Shown here: one piece after another, positions 1 to 9,910 of the stretch
Layout of the letters: every line of letters begins with the position of its first letter
Position numbering within the stretch: the first letter of the stretch is position 1
DNA from: an uncultured Bacilli bacterium
Lineage (GTDB): Bacteria; Bacillota_I; Bacilli_A; RF39; UBA660
Assembly (NCBI GenBank): GCA_944332725.1
Contig: CALVKO010000003.1
Coordinates: 1-50,161 of the forward strand
Length of the DNA stretch: 50,161 nucleotides
Direction of reading: 5' to 3'
Notes under the pieces: generated by a model
Databases searched by the model: none
What the model was told of the DNA's origin: nothing
The model's input: only the letters and a program-made list of their open reading frames with translations
Translations under genes and position numbers: made by a program

Positions 1-14
1 TTACAATTTTCAAA

Positions 15-50
15 TACTTTATACGAAAGTATAGAGTAATTTTTCTTTTT
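15..50 (+). terminator. Probable intrinsic terminator of a gene upstream of the window
   Basis: TACTTTATAC-GAAA-GTATAGAGTA hairpin (one G-U pair, GAAA tetraloop) followed by TTTTTCTTTTT. Confidence 0.6.
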
Positions 51-94
51 ATGATATTATAATAGAAATAGTAATTTATTATTTGGAGGTAATT

Positions 95-406
95 ATGGAA
101 AAGAAAAAAATTGGTATAGGTTCATTGTCATTGTTACTAGTAATTATTGCTTTCGTTTGGGCTTTTAATATTTTTGGAGTTTGTGTTGGAGATCACATTT
201 TAGCAACATTGAACATACCTACTTGGTCTAATATGGCTAATGCGACTGGAACACATTACACTATTTTTTATTCATTTATATTTTTAATACCAGCACTAAT
301 ATTATCTATTAAATATAAAGATAATTTGTTTACAAAGGTTGGAAAATGGTTATCAATTACTTTTATTGGAATACTTTTACTTGGATTTATATTTATGGTT
401 GTATAG
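95..406 (+). CDS. Small hypothetical membrane protein (about 3 TM helices)
   Basis: GGAGGT RBS before ATG 95; three hydrophobic stretches; no family recognised. Confidence 0.75.
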   Translation: MEKKKIGIGSLSLLLVIIAFVWAFNIFGVCVGDHILATLNIPTWSNMANATGTHYTIFYSFIFLIPALILSIKYKDNLFTKVGKWLSITFIGILLLGFIFMVV

Positions 407-426
407 TAACAAATTACAATTTATAG

Positions 427-452
427 AGTAGATTTGTATCTACTTTTTTCTT
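427..452 (+). terminator. Intrinsic terminator
   Basis: AGTAGAT-TTGT-ATCTACT hairpin followed by TTTTTCTTT. Confidence 0.6.
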
Positions 453-487
453 TGGGTAAAAACATGATATAATAGATTTATGAGGGA

Positions 488-1360
488 GTGATGAAAATGA
501 ATAATAATCCAATTAACTGGTACCCAGGCCATATGGCAAAAACAAAAAGATTAGTAAAAGAACAATTAGATTTAATAGATATAGTTTATGAAGTGATTGA
601 TTCTAGAATGCCATATTCATCTAAAATAAAAGATATCGATGAAGTAATAAAAAATAAACCAAGAATATTAATAATGACTAAATATGATTTATGTGATAAA
701 AAAGAAACTGATAAATGGATAAAATATTATGAAGAAAAAGGATATAATGTTTTACCAATCAATTTAGAAAACAAACCTAATTTAAAATCATTATTTAATT
801 TAACTAATAAAATAATGGAAGAAAAAAATAAAAAAAGAGAACAAAAAGGATTATTAAAAAGGAGAACTAGAGTATTAATAATAGGTATTCCTAATGTTGG
901 GAAATCTACTTTATTAAATAGATTAGTAGGTAAGAAGGCCGCTGATGTAGGAAATAAACCGGGAGTTACAAAACAATTAAATTGGATTAGAATAAACGAT
1001 GAATTAGAATTATTAGATACACCTGGTATTTTGTGGCCTAAATTAGATAATCAAACAGTTGCTTTAAATCTTGCTAGCTTAACAGCCATAAAAGAAGAAA
1101 TATTACCATTATTTGATGTATGTGAATATATTTTAAATATTTTAAATAAATACTATAAAGATAAATTAAAAGAAAGATATGGTATTACAGAACTAACAGA
1201 AGATATAATTGATACCTTTGACATAATAGGTAAAAAAAGAGGTTGTTTAATTAAAGGTGGACAAGTTGATTATGATAAAGTAATTAATGTTATAATGAAT
1301 GATATAAAAAATGGTTATATTAAAAATATAACTTTTGATAGGATTGATGAAATTGGATAA
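488..1360 (+). CDS. rbgA: Ribosome biogenesis GTPase RbgA/YlqF
   Basis: N-terminal INWYPGHM, circularly permuted G motifs (TKYD, GIPNVGKS, DTPG); true start probably ATG 491 or 497. Confidence 0.97.
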   Translation: MMKMNNNPINWYPGHMAKTKRLVKEQLDLIDIVYEVIDSRMPYSSKIKDIDEVIKNKPRILIMTKYDLCDKKETDKWIKYYEEKGYNVLPINLENKPNLKSLFNLTNKIMEEKNKKREQKGLLKRRTRVLIIGIPNVGKSTLLNRLVGKKAADVGNKPGVTKQLNWIRINDELELLDTPGILWPKLDNQTVALNLASLTAIKEEILPLFDVCEYILNILNKYYKDKLKERYGITELTEDIIDTFDIIGKKRGCLIKGGQVDYDKVINVIMNDIKNGYIKNITFDRIDEIG

Positions 1361-1730
1361 AAATATTTTAGTTTTAGCCTATTTAGGTGATAGCGTATTT
1401 GAAATAATGATTAGAAAATATTTAATCGATCAAGGTATTAACAAAGTAAACACATTACAAAAAGAGGCAATTAAATATGTAAGTGCGAAAGGCCAATGTA
1501 GTTTTGTTACCAAGTTAATAGAAGAAAACAAACTAACCAGTGATGAATTAGAAATTTTCTATCGCGGTAGAAATCATAAATCTAATTCTCACCCTAAAAA
1601 TACTGATATTATAACTTACAAATATGCAACAGGTTTTGAAGCGATAATAGGTTATTTATATTTAAAAAAAGATTATAAAAGAATAGAAGAAATAGGAGAA
1701 TTGTTATGTACGTATATGGTAAAAATGTAG
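1347..1730 (+). CDS. mrnC: Mini-ribonuclease III
   Basis: LAYLGDSVFE, RGRN and YKYATGFEAIIGYLY motifs; directly upstream of rlmB as in Bacillus. Confidence 0.93.
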   Translation: MKLDKNILVLAYLGDSVFEIMIRKYLIDQGINKVNTLQKEAIKYVSAKGQCSFVTKLIEENKLTSDELEIFYRGRNHKSNSHPKNTDIITYKYATGFEAIIGYLYLKKDYKRIEEIGELLCTYMVKM

Positions 1731-2365
1731 CAAAAGAAATTAATAGTAAAATCGAAAAAGTATATGTTGCTAATAATTTTAAAGATAGAGAAATATTAAA
1801 AAAATTAAAAGCACCAATAGTTTATGTTGATAAAAGTAAATTAGATAAAATGGTTGATGGTGTGCATCAAGGTATTGTTTTAAAAATTGCTGACTATGAA
1901 TATAAGGATATAAGTGAATTAAATAATGATGTCGTAGTTATGTTAGATCATTTAGAAGATCCACATAATTTTGGAGCAATCATAAGAACTTGTGAAGCAG
2001 CAGGAATTAAAGATATAATAATTCCTAAAGATAGAAGTGTCAAAGTAAATAGTACCGTTATGAAAACTAGTGCCGGATGTTTAGATAGAGTTAATATTTA
2101 TGAAGTTACTAACCTAGTCCAAACAATAAATAATCTTAAAAAAAACAATTATTGGATTATTGGAACAGATATGGAAGGAACTGATTATAAAAAAATTGAT
2201 TATCAAGGTAAAGTTGTTATAATAATTGGTAATGAAGGTAGTGGCATTAGTAGATTGGTAAAAGAAACATGCGATTTTATTGCTACCATTCCAATGCAAG
2301 GTGAAGTTAATAGTTTAAATGCTTCGGTGGCTGCTGGTATCATTATATTTGAAACAAGGAGGTAG
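1706..2365 (+). CDS. rlmB: 23S rRNA Gm2251 2'-O-methyltransferase (SPOUT/TrmH family)
   Basis: HQG, LDHLEDPHNFGAIIRT, GNEGSG and SLNASVA motifs. Confidence 0.93.
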   Translation: MYVYGKNVAKEINSKIEKVYVANNFKDREILKKLKAPIVYVDKSKLDKMVDGVHQGIVLKIADYEYKDISELNNDVVVMLDHLEDPHNFGAIIRTCEAAGIKDIIIPKDRSVKVNSTVMKTSAGCLDRVNIYEVTNLVQTINNLKKNNYWIIGTDMEGTDYKKIDYQGKVVIIIGNEGSGISRLVKETCDFIATIPMQGEVNSLNASVAAGIIIFETRR

Positions 2366-2367
2366 TT

Positions 2368-2967
2368 ATGAATTATAAAAATTTTAATGATTATGAATTA
2401 TTAGATCATATTTATAGTTGTGATGAAGATGCTAATGAAATAATGATATATAAATATCGTCCTTTAACAATTAATTTGGCTAAAAAACTTATAAAATATT
2501 GTAATGGTGGTATAGATTTAAATGATTTAATTCAAGAAGGATTGGTTGGTTTAAATGAAGCAATAAATACTTTTCGGGAAGACAAAGAAACTAATTTTGG
2601 GACATATGCAAGATTATGTATTGAAAGAAGAATGTATAGCGTAGTAAAAAGTACTAGGACATATAAAAACAAAATATTAAATGAATCAATTTCTTTAGAA
2701 GATGAAGATGATGTTAATATTGATAGATTTTTAATCGATAATTCTAATAATCCTTCAGATATGTTAGAAGAAAATGCTTATCAAGAAGAAATTTTAAATA
2801 AATTAAACGAACAATTAACAGATATGGAAAAACAAGTTTTTGAACTTAAAAAAAATTATTTCAACTATAAAGAAATTGCTGATATATTGGATAAAGAACC
2901 TAAAGTAATCGATAACACTATTCAAAGAATAAAAACAAAACTAAAGAAAATAATGAAAGAAATATGA
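2368..2967 (+). CDS. sigH: RNA polymerase sigma-H factor
   Basis: Region 2 DLIQEGLVGL, C-terminal YKEIA...IDNTIQRIK HTH; conserved position after mrnC-rlmB. Confidence 0.85.
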   Translation: MNYKNFNDYELLDHIYSCDEDANEIMIYKYRPLTINLAKKLIKYCNGGIDLNDLIQEGLVGLNEAINTFREDKETNFGTYARLCIERRMYSVVKSTRTYKNKILNESISLEDEDDVNIDRFLIDNSNNPSDMLEENAYQEEILNKLNEQLTDMEKQVFELKKNYFNYKEIADILDKEPKVIDNTIQRIKTKLKKIMKEI

Positions 2968-3989
2968 AAGAATATTTAGAAAATTTAGTAAAGCAAAATG
3001 TATTTCCTGGTTGTAATTATGCAATTATAACCGAAAAAGAAATTGAAATGAATAGTGTAGGTAATAAATCACTAATACCTAAAATAGAAAAAAATTCAAT
3101 TGATACTTTGTATGACTTAGCATCATTAACTAAAGTTATAGCAACTAATACCATTATTACAAAATTATTACAAGAAAATAAAATTAAATTAACAGATTAT
3201 GTTAAAGATTATTTACCAAAGTTTAAATATAATAATATAACAATTTATCATTTGTTAACACATACATCAGGATTGATTGCTGATGTAAAATGGGATAATG
3301 TTCATAATAAAGAAGAATTAATCAATTTTTTCTATAATAAAGAATTATTTTATGAAACAGAATCAGATGTCATATATTCAGATTTAAATTTTATATTTTT
3401 GGGATTTATAATTGAAAAAATATATAATCTACCATTTGAAAAAGTAGTTTATAATGAAGTCTTAGAGCCATTAAAAATGACTAATACTTGTTTCAATCCG
3501 CAAAATAAAGAAATATGTGCACCAACCGAAGTAACAGAAAAAAGAGGTGTAGTAAGAGGTATCGTCCATGATGAGAAAGCATGTATGTTAGATGGTGTAT
3601 GTGGAGCAGCCGGCCTTTTTTCTAATATAAATGATATGATAAAATTTATTTTAATGATTTTAAATGATGGAAAAGTAGGGAATAATGTATTTATAAAAAA
3701 AGAATATATTGACTTATGGTTTAAGCCATTAGTAAAAGGAAAACAAAATAATGTAAGATCAATTGGATGGGGAATTGGCAAAAGTAAATCAACTGGTTGG
3801 CTTTGTAGTGATAATACAATATATCATACAGGATTTACCGGAAATACTTTGATTATAGACCGTGATAATAAAATCGGCTTTATTTTTTTATCAAATCGAA
3901 TTCATCCAACTAGAGAAAATAAGTTATTGTTAAATCGAAGAAAATATATAGCCAATCAAATATTTAAAAAATTAAAACAAGTCAATTGA
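2964..3989 (+). CDS. Serine hydrolase, beta-lactamase class C/AmiE-like family, no signal peptide
   Basis: YDLASLTK (SxxK), LLTHTSGL, YSDLNF, VHDE and HTGFTG motifs. Confidence 0.88.
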   Translation: MKEYLENLVKQNVFPGCNYAIITEKEIEMNSVGNKSLIPKIEKNSIDTLYDLASLTKVIATNTIITKLLQENKIKLTDYVKDYLPKFKYNNITIYHLLTHTSGLIADVKWDNVHNKEELINFFYNKELFYETESDVIYSDLNFIFLGFIIEKIYNLPFEKVVYNEVLEPLKMTNTCFNPQNKEICAPTEVTEKRGVVRGIVHDEKACMLDGVCGAAGLFSNINDMIKFILMILNDGKVGNNVFIKKEYIDLWFKPLVKGKQNNVRSIGWGIGKSKSTGWLCSDNTIYHTGFTGNTLIIDRDNKIGFIFLSNRIHPTRENKLLLNRRKYIANQIFKKLKQVN

Positions 3990-3993
3990 CTTG

Positions 3994-5001
3994 TTATTTT
4001 ACTATCCAAGCATTTGGTAAATATCTTTCACCAGTATAACCAAATCCTCTTGGGTCATTTATTAACTCACCATTTATTGTTAATGTAGATGAACCACCAC
4101 CATCTAAGTTTGCAGCATTATAAGCCCCATATTTTTCAAATAATAAAATCATATCAGCAATCGAAATACCATTACTACCATTAGCCCCCCTGCCATCGAT
4201 AACTAAAAATAATACAATACCATCTTTTCTTTGTGCAATGCCAGTTCTGTTAGCATAGCCCCAACCACCATTACCACTTACTTGGGCTGATTTACCATTG
4301 ACAATTAAGAATGGACCAAAAGTCATAGCATCTCTCATTCCGTTTTTTATTGCTGTTTCTGCACTATCAGTAGTTAAAACTAAAACATTGTCATTATTAA
4401 AACCAATTAAACCGCCACCGTGATAGTTTGGTGCTCCAACTGATACCACTTTACCATTTTGAATAACAGTTCCTGTGGGAATTAAAACTTTATTTTTTAT
4501 TGAAAATCCACTAGCGTTGATAGCAACGATGGCTTCTTGTTCTTTACTTAAAGTAGATAATAATTGTCCGCCATAATTTATTCTAGAAGAACTTACTAAA
4601 TCAATTCTTGAAGCATCATAGATTGCGACTAAATATCCGTTGTAATCTTTTTCATCAATTTCAATTAATTTATATAAGGCATCTTCATCTCTTTCTAATA
4701 TTTGTTGCTCATATATCGAATCATAATTTTCTTTAGGTGAATTATCAAATATAATTTCTGAAGCATCTGTTCCTTCATTTACTTCAACTAACAAGTTATC
4801 TTGTAAGGCTTTAATAATACTATTATCTGAATATAAAACATTAGCAAAATATTTATGATTTCCTGTAGCTAAAGCAGTAGTTATAAACCAATTTCTAAAA
4901 CTAGAAATTGGTCCATAGACAACAAATAAAAATATAATAAGACAAATATCTAAACAAATTGTTACAATAGTTAATTTATTAAGATTCTTCATTATTATCA
5001 T
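3994..5001 (-). CDS. Membrane-anchored phosphodiester glycosidase (NAGPA/DUF2233 family)
   Basis: AINASGF, GP.LI.NG, RTGIAQ, IDGR and NLDGGGS motifs; N-terminal TM helix; start may be ATG 4992. Confidence 0.88.
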   Translation of the reverse strand: MIIMKNLNKLTIVTICLDICLIIFLFVVYGPISSFRNWFITTALATGNHKYFANVLYSDNSIIKALQDNLLVEVNEGTDASEIIFDNSPKENYDSIYEQQILERDEDALYKLIEIDEKDYNGYLVAIYDASRIDLVSSSRINYGGQLLSTLSKEQEAIVAINASGFSIKNKVLIPTGTVIQNGKVVSVGAPNYHGGGLIGFNNDNVLVLTTDSAETAIKNGMRDAMTFGPFLIVNGKSAQVSGNGGWGYANRTGIAQRKDGIVLFLVIDGRGANGSNGISIADMILLFEKYGAYNAANLDGGGSSTLTINGELINDPRGFGYTGERYLPNAWIVK

Positions 5002-6286
5002 CTCCTAAAATATATGGTGATAAATAAGTGCCTTCACCACTTTTAATATTTATATTATTTTTAATATGAATAGATGGACGAACATAATGTAATGAATCAA
5101 CTGTATCTTCGAATAACATTTTATTTTCATCAATTACAAAAATACCTAAGTCGTTATTGATATTTTTAGAAAGAGTAAAAACATTTCCAAAATCATAAAC
5201 AAATGGTTCTACAATTGATAATAAACCAACATATGCTTCAATACTAGATTCATAGATTGTTTGGTAATTATCTTCTATACCACCAGTATAAAAAGTACCT
5301 TTAGTAATTAAATCTTTTTCTTTAAAGTTATCATAGTAAGTATTATTTAAATAATATAATAAACTATTTTCATAATCTACATCAGCTTCATTATTATAAT
5401 CACTATAATAAGTTTCTAAAACACCATTTTCACCTTTAATATAATCTTCACTTACTAATTTAATATTATTATTATTTTTTGCAACAACACGCCATAAAGT
5501 ATCATTTAAATTTAAATATTCTCCAACATAAATATCCTTTAAAGTTTGTGGTTTATGTTCGATTATTTCATAAGGATTATCGATAGTTCCATTACCACTT
5601 AAAACTTTAATATCACTATTTAAAGTTATGACTGGTCTAATACCATAGACCATACTATTATCAGCTAAACCTAATTTTCCTTCGTTAGATACATACCAGT
5701 ATTCATTTTGATAATTGTTAGTTGTCCAAAAATATTCACCATTATTTAAATAACTATTAGTAGCCCCTGCTTTAGTATAATCTTCAACACTTAGTAAAGT
5801 AACATCATAATTCTTCGTTTTTTGACAACTGATATTATCGATAGAATCAAAATTATCAAGACAAGTTTTAGTAGCAGTCATATAATTTTTATCTAATGAG
5901 TTATTACCTAACCATTTTATTATTTGTGAATCGTCAAAATTATCACTATAATAAGCAAGAGAAATTATGTTGTTCTCTGTTATCATAGTAATCGTGTCAT
6001 CTTCGTTAACTTTTACGATTCGCCAAATATATCCCATAAACTTTACATAATTATTTTTTGCGTCATTAGCAAATCTATAAACATCATCTTCTATAGTTAA
6101 AGTAGGAATTGCCTCATATTTAGTTTTTCGCTCTTTTACTTGTTCTGCTAATAAATCAGAGTAGACTATCTTTTTATCATTTAATATTTTAAAATAAATT
6201 AATCTACTTAAATAAAATAGACCAAAAAAAATAATAATACTTAAACTAATTAAATTAAATATTTTTTGCTTTTTATCACTATTCAT
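4979..6286 (-). CDS. Membrane-anchored surface protein with two tandem repeated domains (DUF6273-like)
   Basis: N-terminal TM; two copies of WR(I/V)V...(I/V)RP.I...SG.GT...PY. Confidence 0.65.
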   Translation of the reverse strand: MNSDKKQKIFNLISLSIIIFFGLFYLSRLIYFKILNDKKIVYSDLLAEQVKERKTKYEAIPTLTIEDDVYRFANDAKNNYVKFMGYIWRIVKVNEDDTITMITENNIISLAYYSDNFDDSQIIKWLGNNSLDKNYMTATKTCLDNFDSIDNISCQKTKNYDVTLLSVEDYTKAGATNSYLNNGEYFWTTNNYQNEYWYVSNEGKLGLADNSMVYGIRPVITLNSDIKVLSGNGTIDNPYEIIEHKPQTLKDIYVGEYLNLNDTLWRVVAKNNNNIKLVSEDYIKGENGVLETYYSDYNNEADVDYENSLLYYLNNTYYDNFKEKDLITKGTFYTGGIEDNYQTIYESSIEAYVGLLSIVEPFVYDFGNVFTLSKNINNDLGIFVIDENKMLFEDTVDSLHYVRPSIHIKNNINIKSGEGTYLSPYILGDDNNEES

Positions 6287-6397
6287 ATTTTTACTCCCTC
6301 ATACAATGTCATAATTATATCAAATTTATAGCAAATAGACAATTACTATATTGTAGAAAATTTGTTTATGTGTTATTATTAATGTAAGGTGGTTCCA

Positions 6398-9247
6398 ATG
6401 TTCGAGAAAGATAAATTAAAAGATAATGCCTTATTGATTATAATATTAATTGTCGTAACTATTTTGTTGGTATTAATTGATATATTAATAAATAATAAAG
6501 ATGATATATTTGGTTCGTTAAGTGATGATCAAATCAATATAAATCAATTAGTGATTAATGAAATAATGACTTCAAATAAAGGGGCATATGCTGATATAAA
6601 TGGTAATATCTACGATTGGATTGAACTATATAATGGTTCAAATGAAGATATTAATCTAGCAAATTATACTTTAAGTGATGAAGAATCAGGAAAATCAAAA
6701 TGGATATTTCCTAATGTGACAATCAAAAGTAAAGAATATTTAATTATTTATTTATCTGGAACGAACAACGAAGGATTATACGCAAACTTTGCTTTAAAAA
6801 AAGAAGGTGGCGAATTAGTTACTTTAAAAAAGCCAAATGGCAAAGTAGTCGATTCAATTAGAACCGAAAGTTTAGATAAAAATACAACTATGGCAAGAGA
6901 TGGTGAAGGTAATTGGTTTAAAACATCTGAAATAACGCCAGGTTTTGATAATAATACTGAAGGTAGAAATAAATATTTGGAATCATTAAAAACAACGGAA
7001 GATTATTTAATAATAAATGAATTCTTACCAAATAATAAAGGTAATTTTAATGTGAATGGCAATTTTTTATCTTATATTGAAGTTAAAAATACTGGTAATG
7101 AAACAATAAATTTGAAAGAATATTTTTTATCTAATGATACTAGTGAACCTTTTTCTTGGCAGTTACCTGATGTTCCATTAAAGAGTAATGAAGTATATTT
7201 ATTTTATACAACCGAATTGGATAATGTTAACAATACTGATTTTAAATTAAATAAAAATTCAGGGACAATAATATTATCTAAAAATAATAAAATAGTTGAA
7301 CAAGTTGATTATACTAATGTAACAGGTGGTTATGCTTATATTAAAAATAATGGTACATTTTATGAAGGTATAAATATTAGCCCTGGTTATGATAATAGTG
7401 ACATAGAAAAATTTAATAAAGAATATCGTAGCAATCCTAAAGATTTAATAATAAATGAAGTTATGACAAGTAACAACACTTATTTACCACAAAATGGTGG
7501 TAATTATTATGATTGGATTGAGTTATATAATAATAGTGATAAGACTATTAAATTAAGTGATTATACCATAACTACTGATGTTGATAATATTAATCTATAT
7601 AAATTAGAAGATAAAGAATTAAAGCCAGGTGAATATTATATTTTAATGGCATCTGGTAATGTCGATAATAGTAATAGTAAATATAAACATGCCAATTTTA
7701 AAGTGTCACCAACAGAAAGTTTATATTTATATAAAAATGGTGAGTTAATTGATTCAGTTTTTGTTTCAAGTATTCCAAAAGAATATAGTTATGGCAGAAA
7801 TAAAGATGGATATTATTATTTTAAGACACCAACACCAGGTAAGGCTAATGGCTCAGGTATAAGTGCTATAGCATATACACCAACTTTTGATACTAAACCA
7901 GGAATATATAATGATATTGATGAATTAAAGGTAGAGATAACTGGTTCAGGGACTATATATTATACTTTAGATGGAAGTGAACCGACGACTAGTTCTAAAG
8001 TATATGATAGTCCTATTGTTTTATCTAAAACAACAGTTGTTAGAATTATAAATTATGAAAAAGGAAAAAAAACAAGTGAAATAGTGACAGCATCTTATAT
8101 TATTAATGAAAATCATACTTTACCTGTTTTATCGATTGGTATAACTCCTAATAATTTTAATCGTGTATTAAATGCTGGTGGTTCTTCTTTAACTTTACCA
8201 GCGCATGCCGAATTATTTGAAAGTGATGGTACCTTTACTATCGATTGTGGCCTTAAATTGTTTGGTGGTAGTACAAGATATATACCTAAAAAAAGTTTTG
8301 CTTTAAAATTTTCATCTAAATATGGTGATTCTTCATTAGAATATAAAGTATTTGATAATAGAGAAGCCACTAATTATAAAGCATTAGTTATAAGAAGTGG
8401 ATCACAAGATGGTCAATATTCAATGATAAGAGATGAACTAGCAACTTCAATTATGGATGATTATGGCACAGTTGATGTCCAAGCGTATAAACCAGTTATT
8501 TTATATGTTAATGGAAAATATTGGGGAATATATTACTTAAGAGAGAAAGTTGATGAAGACTATATAGAAAACAATTATAATGTCGATGGTAGTTATTCTA
8601 ATATATTAAGAATCGATGGTGAAGTAAAATATGGTACTAGAGATTTCTATACTAAATTATTAAACTTTGTTAAAAATAACGATATGACAACCAATGAAAA
8701 TTACAACAAAGTAAAAGAAATGTTAGATGTAACTAATTATATTGATTTTTGGATAGGTGAGTTATATACTACTAATAATGATATTGTTAATTTAAGATAT
8801 TTTAATAATACTATGTTAGATGATGGCAAAATAAAAATGATTTTCTATGATTTTGACTTTGCTTTTTATAACTATGGCTTTAATTATTTATCTTGGATGC
8901 TTAATCCTGATGGTATGGGCGAATATGGTTATGATAATACATTATTAATTAGATTATTACAAAATAAAGAATTTAAACAATTATTTTTAGAAAGATTATC
9001 TTATAATATGAATAATGTTTGGACGGATAGTAATGTTTTAAATAGATTTAATGAATTAAAAAAAATAATCGAACCAGAAATGCCACGTAATCAAGAACGA
9101 TGGGGTTATACGATGACTACTTGGTATAATGAACTTGAAAAATTAGAAAATTATATTAAAAAAAGAAGAAGTTTTATGCTAAATAGTGTTAAGTGGTATT
9201 TTGGATTATCAAGTAAGGAGATGGAAAAATACTTTGAAGATGTATAG
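6398..9247 (+). CDS. Membrane-anchored CotH-family kinase with three lamin-tail domains and an Fn3-associated/chitobiase-like domain
   Basis: N-terminal TM; 3x L(V/I)INE...(W/Y)IE(L/V).N...(T/S)PG; IYYTLDGSEPT; CotH motifs PKKSFALKF, YWGIYYLREK, YDFDFAF. Confidence 0.88.
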   Translation: MFEKDKLKDNALLIIILIVVTILLVLIDILINNKDDIFGSLSDDQININQLVINEIMTSNKGAYADINGNIYDWIELYNGSNEDINLANYTLSDEESGKSKWIFPNVTIKSKEYLIIYLSGTNNEGLYANFALKKEGGELVTLKKPNGKVVDSIRTESLDKNTTMARDGEGNWFKTSEITPGFDNNTEGRNKYLESLKTTEDYLIINEFLPNNKGNFNVNGNFLSYIEVKNTGNETINLKEYFLSNDTSEPFSWQLPDVPLKSNEVYLFYTTELDNVNNTDFKLNKNSGTIILSKNNKIVEQVDYTNVTGGYAYIKNNGTFYEGINISPGYDNSDIEKFNKEYRSNPKDLIINEVMTSNNTYLPQNGGNYYDWIELYNNSDKTIKLSDYTITTDVDNINLYKLEDKELKPGEYYILMASGNVDNSNSKYKHANFKVSPTESLYLYKNGELIDSVFVSSIPKEYSYGRNKDGYYYFKTPTPGKANGSGISAIAYTPTFDTKPGIYNDIDELKVEITGSGTIYYTLDGSEPTTSSKVYDSPIVLSKTTVVRIINYEKGKKTSEIVTASYIINENHTLPVLSIGITPNNFNRVLNAGGSSLTLPAHAELFESDGTFTIDCGLKLFGGSTRYIPKKSFALKFSSKYGDSSLEYKVFDNREATNYKALVIRSGSQDGQYSMIRDELATSIMDDYGTVDVQAYKPVILYVNGKYWGIYYLREKVDEDYIENNYNVDGSYSNILRIDGEVKYGTRDFYTKLLNFVKNNDMTTNENYNKVKEMLDVTNYIDFWIGELYTTNNDIVNLRYFNNTMLDDGKIKMIFYDFDFAFYNYGFNYLSWMLNPDGMGEYGYDNTLLIRLLQNKEFKQLFLERLSYNMNNVWTDSNVLNRFNELKKIIEPEMPRNQERWGYTMTTWYNELEKLENYIKKRRSFMLNSVKWYFGLSSKEMEKYFEDV

Positions 9248-9908
9248 ACATGAATTAAAATTTATAATAAATAAAGCTTATTCAGAAATGTTAAAAAATC
9301 AACTTGCTTTGATAATGAATATTGATGAAAATTCAATTGATAATACCTATTTTATTAGAAGTTTATATTTTGATGATCTAAACAATAGTGCTTATTATGA
9401 AAAAGTAGATGGGGTAGAAAAAAGAAAAAAATATCGAATTAGAATTTATAATTTAGACGATTCATTTATTAGATTAGAAAGAAAAGATAAAGATAGGGAC
9501 TTGACGCATAAAGAACAAACAAAAATTAGTAAAGAAATATATAATAAAATAATTAATAACGAATTAGATGATATTGATTTATCTGATAACTTATTAAAAG
9601 AATTTGTAACACTCATTAAAACTAAAGGATTAAAACCAGCAGTAATCGTCGATTATAATAGAATGGCTTATACATATCCATTATTTGATACAAGAATTAC
9701 TTTCGATGAAAATATAAAATCGGGTAAGTTTAATTTTGATTTGTTTAGTGATTGTTTAACTTATGATATATTTAATGATGAAGTTGTATTAGAAGTTAAA
9801 TTTAATGAAATGCTACCTAAACATATTGCTTCTGTTATTATGAATATACCAAGTGTAAGACAAGCAATATCTAAATATGCGTTATGTTTTGAAAAGAAGG
9901 AGATTTAA
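9240..9908 (+). CDS. VTC (CYTH-like) polyphosphate-polymerase-domain protein
   Basis: RHELKF (ExK), IRSLYFD, KYRIRIY, LERK, RITFD, LEVKF and SKY motifs; start overlaps the cotH stop. Confidence 0.9.
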   Translation: MYRHELKFIINKAYSEMLKNQLALIMNIDENSIDNTYFIRSLYFDDLNNSAYYEKVDGVEKRKKYRIRIYNLDDSFIRLERKDKDRDLTHKEQTKISKEIYNKIINNELDDIDLSDNLLKEFVTLIKTKGLKPAVIVDYNRMAYTYPLFDTRITFDENIKSGKFNFDLFSDCLTYDIFNDEVVLEVKFNEMLPKHIASVIMNIPSVRQAISKYALCFEKKEI

Positions 9909-9910
9909 TT

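Noticed and set aside
2964-3989. Beta-lactam resistance gene
   Set aside because: No signal peptide, and the motifs (YSD, VHDE, HTG) fit the cytoplasmic esterase/amidase branch rather than a true AmpC.
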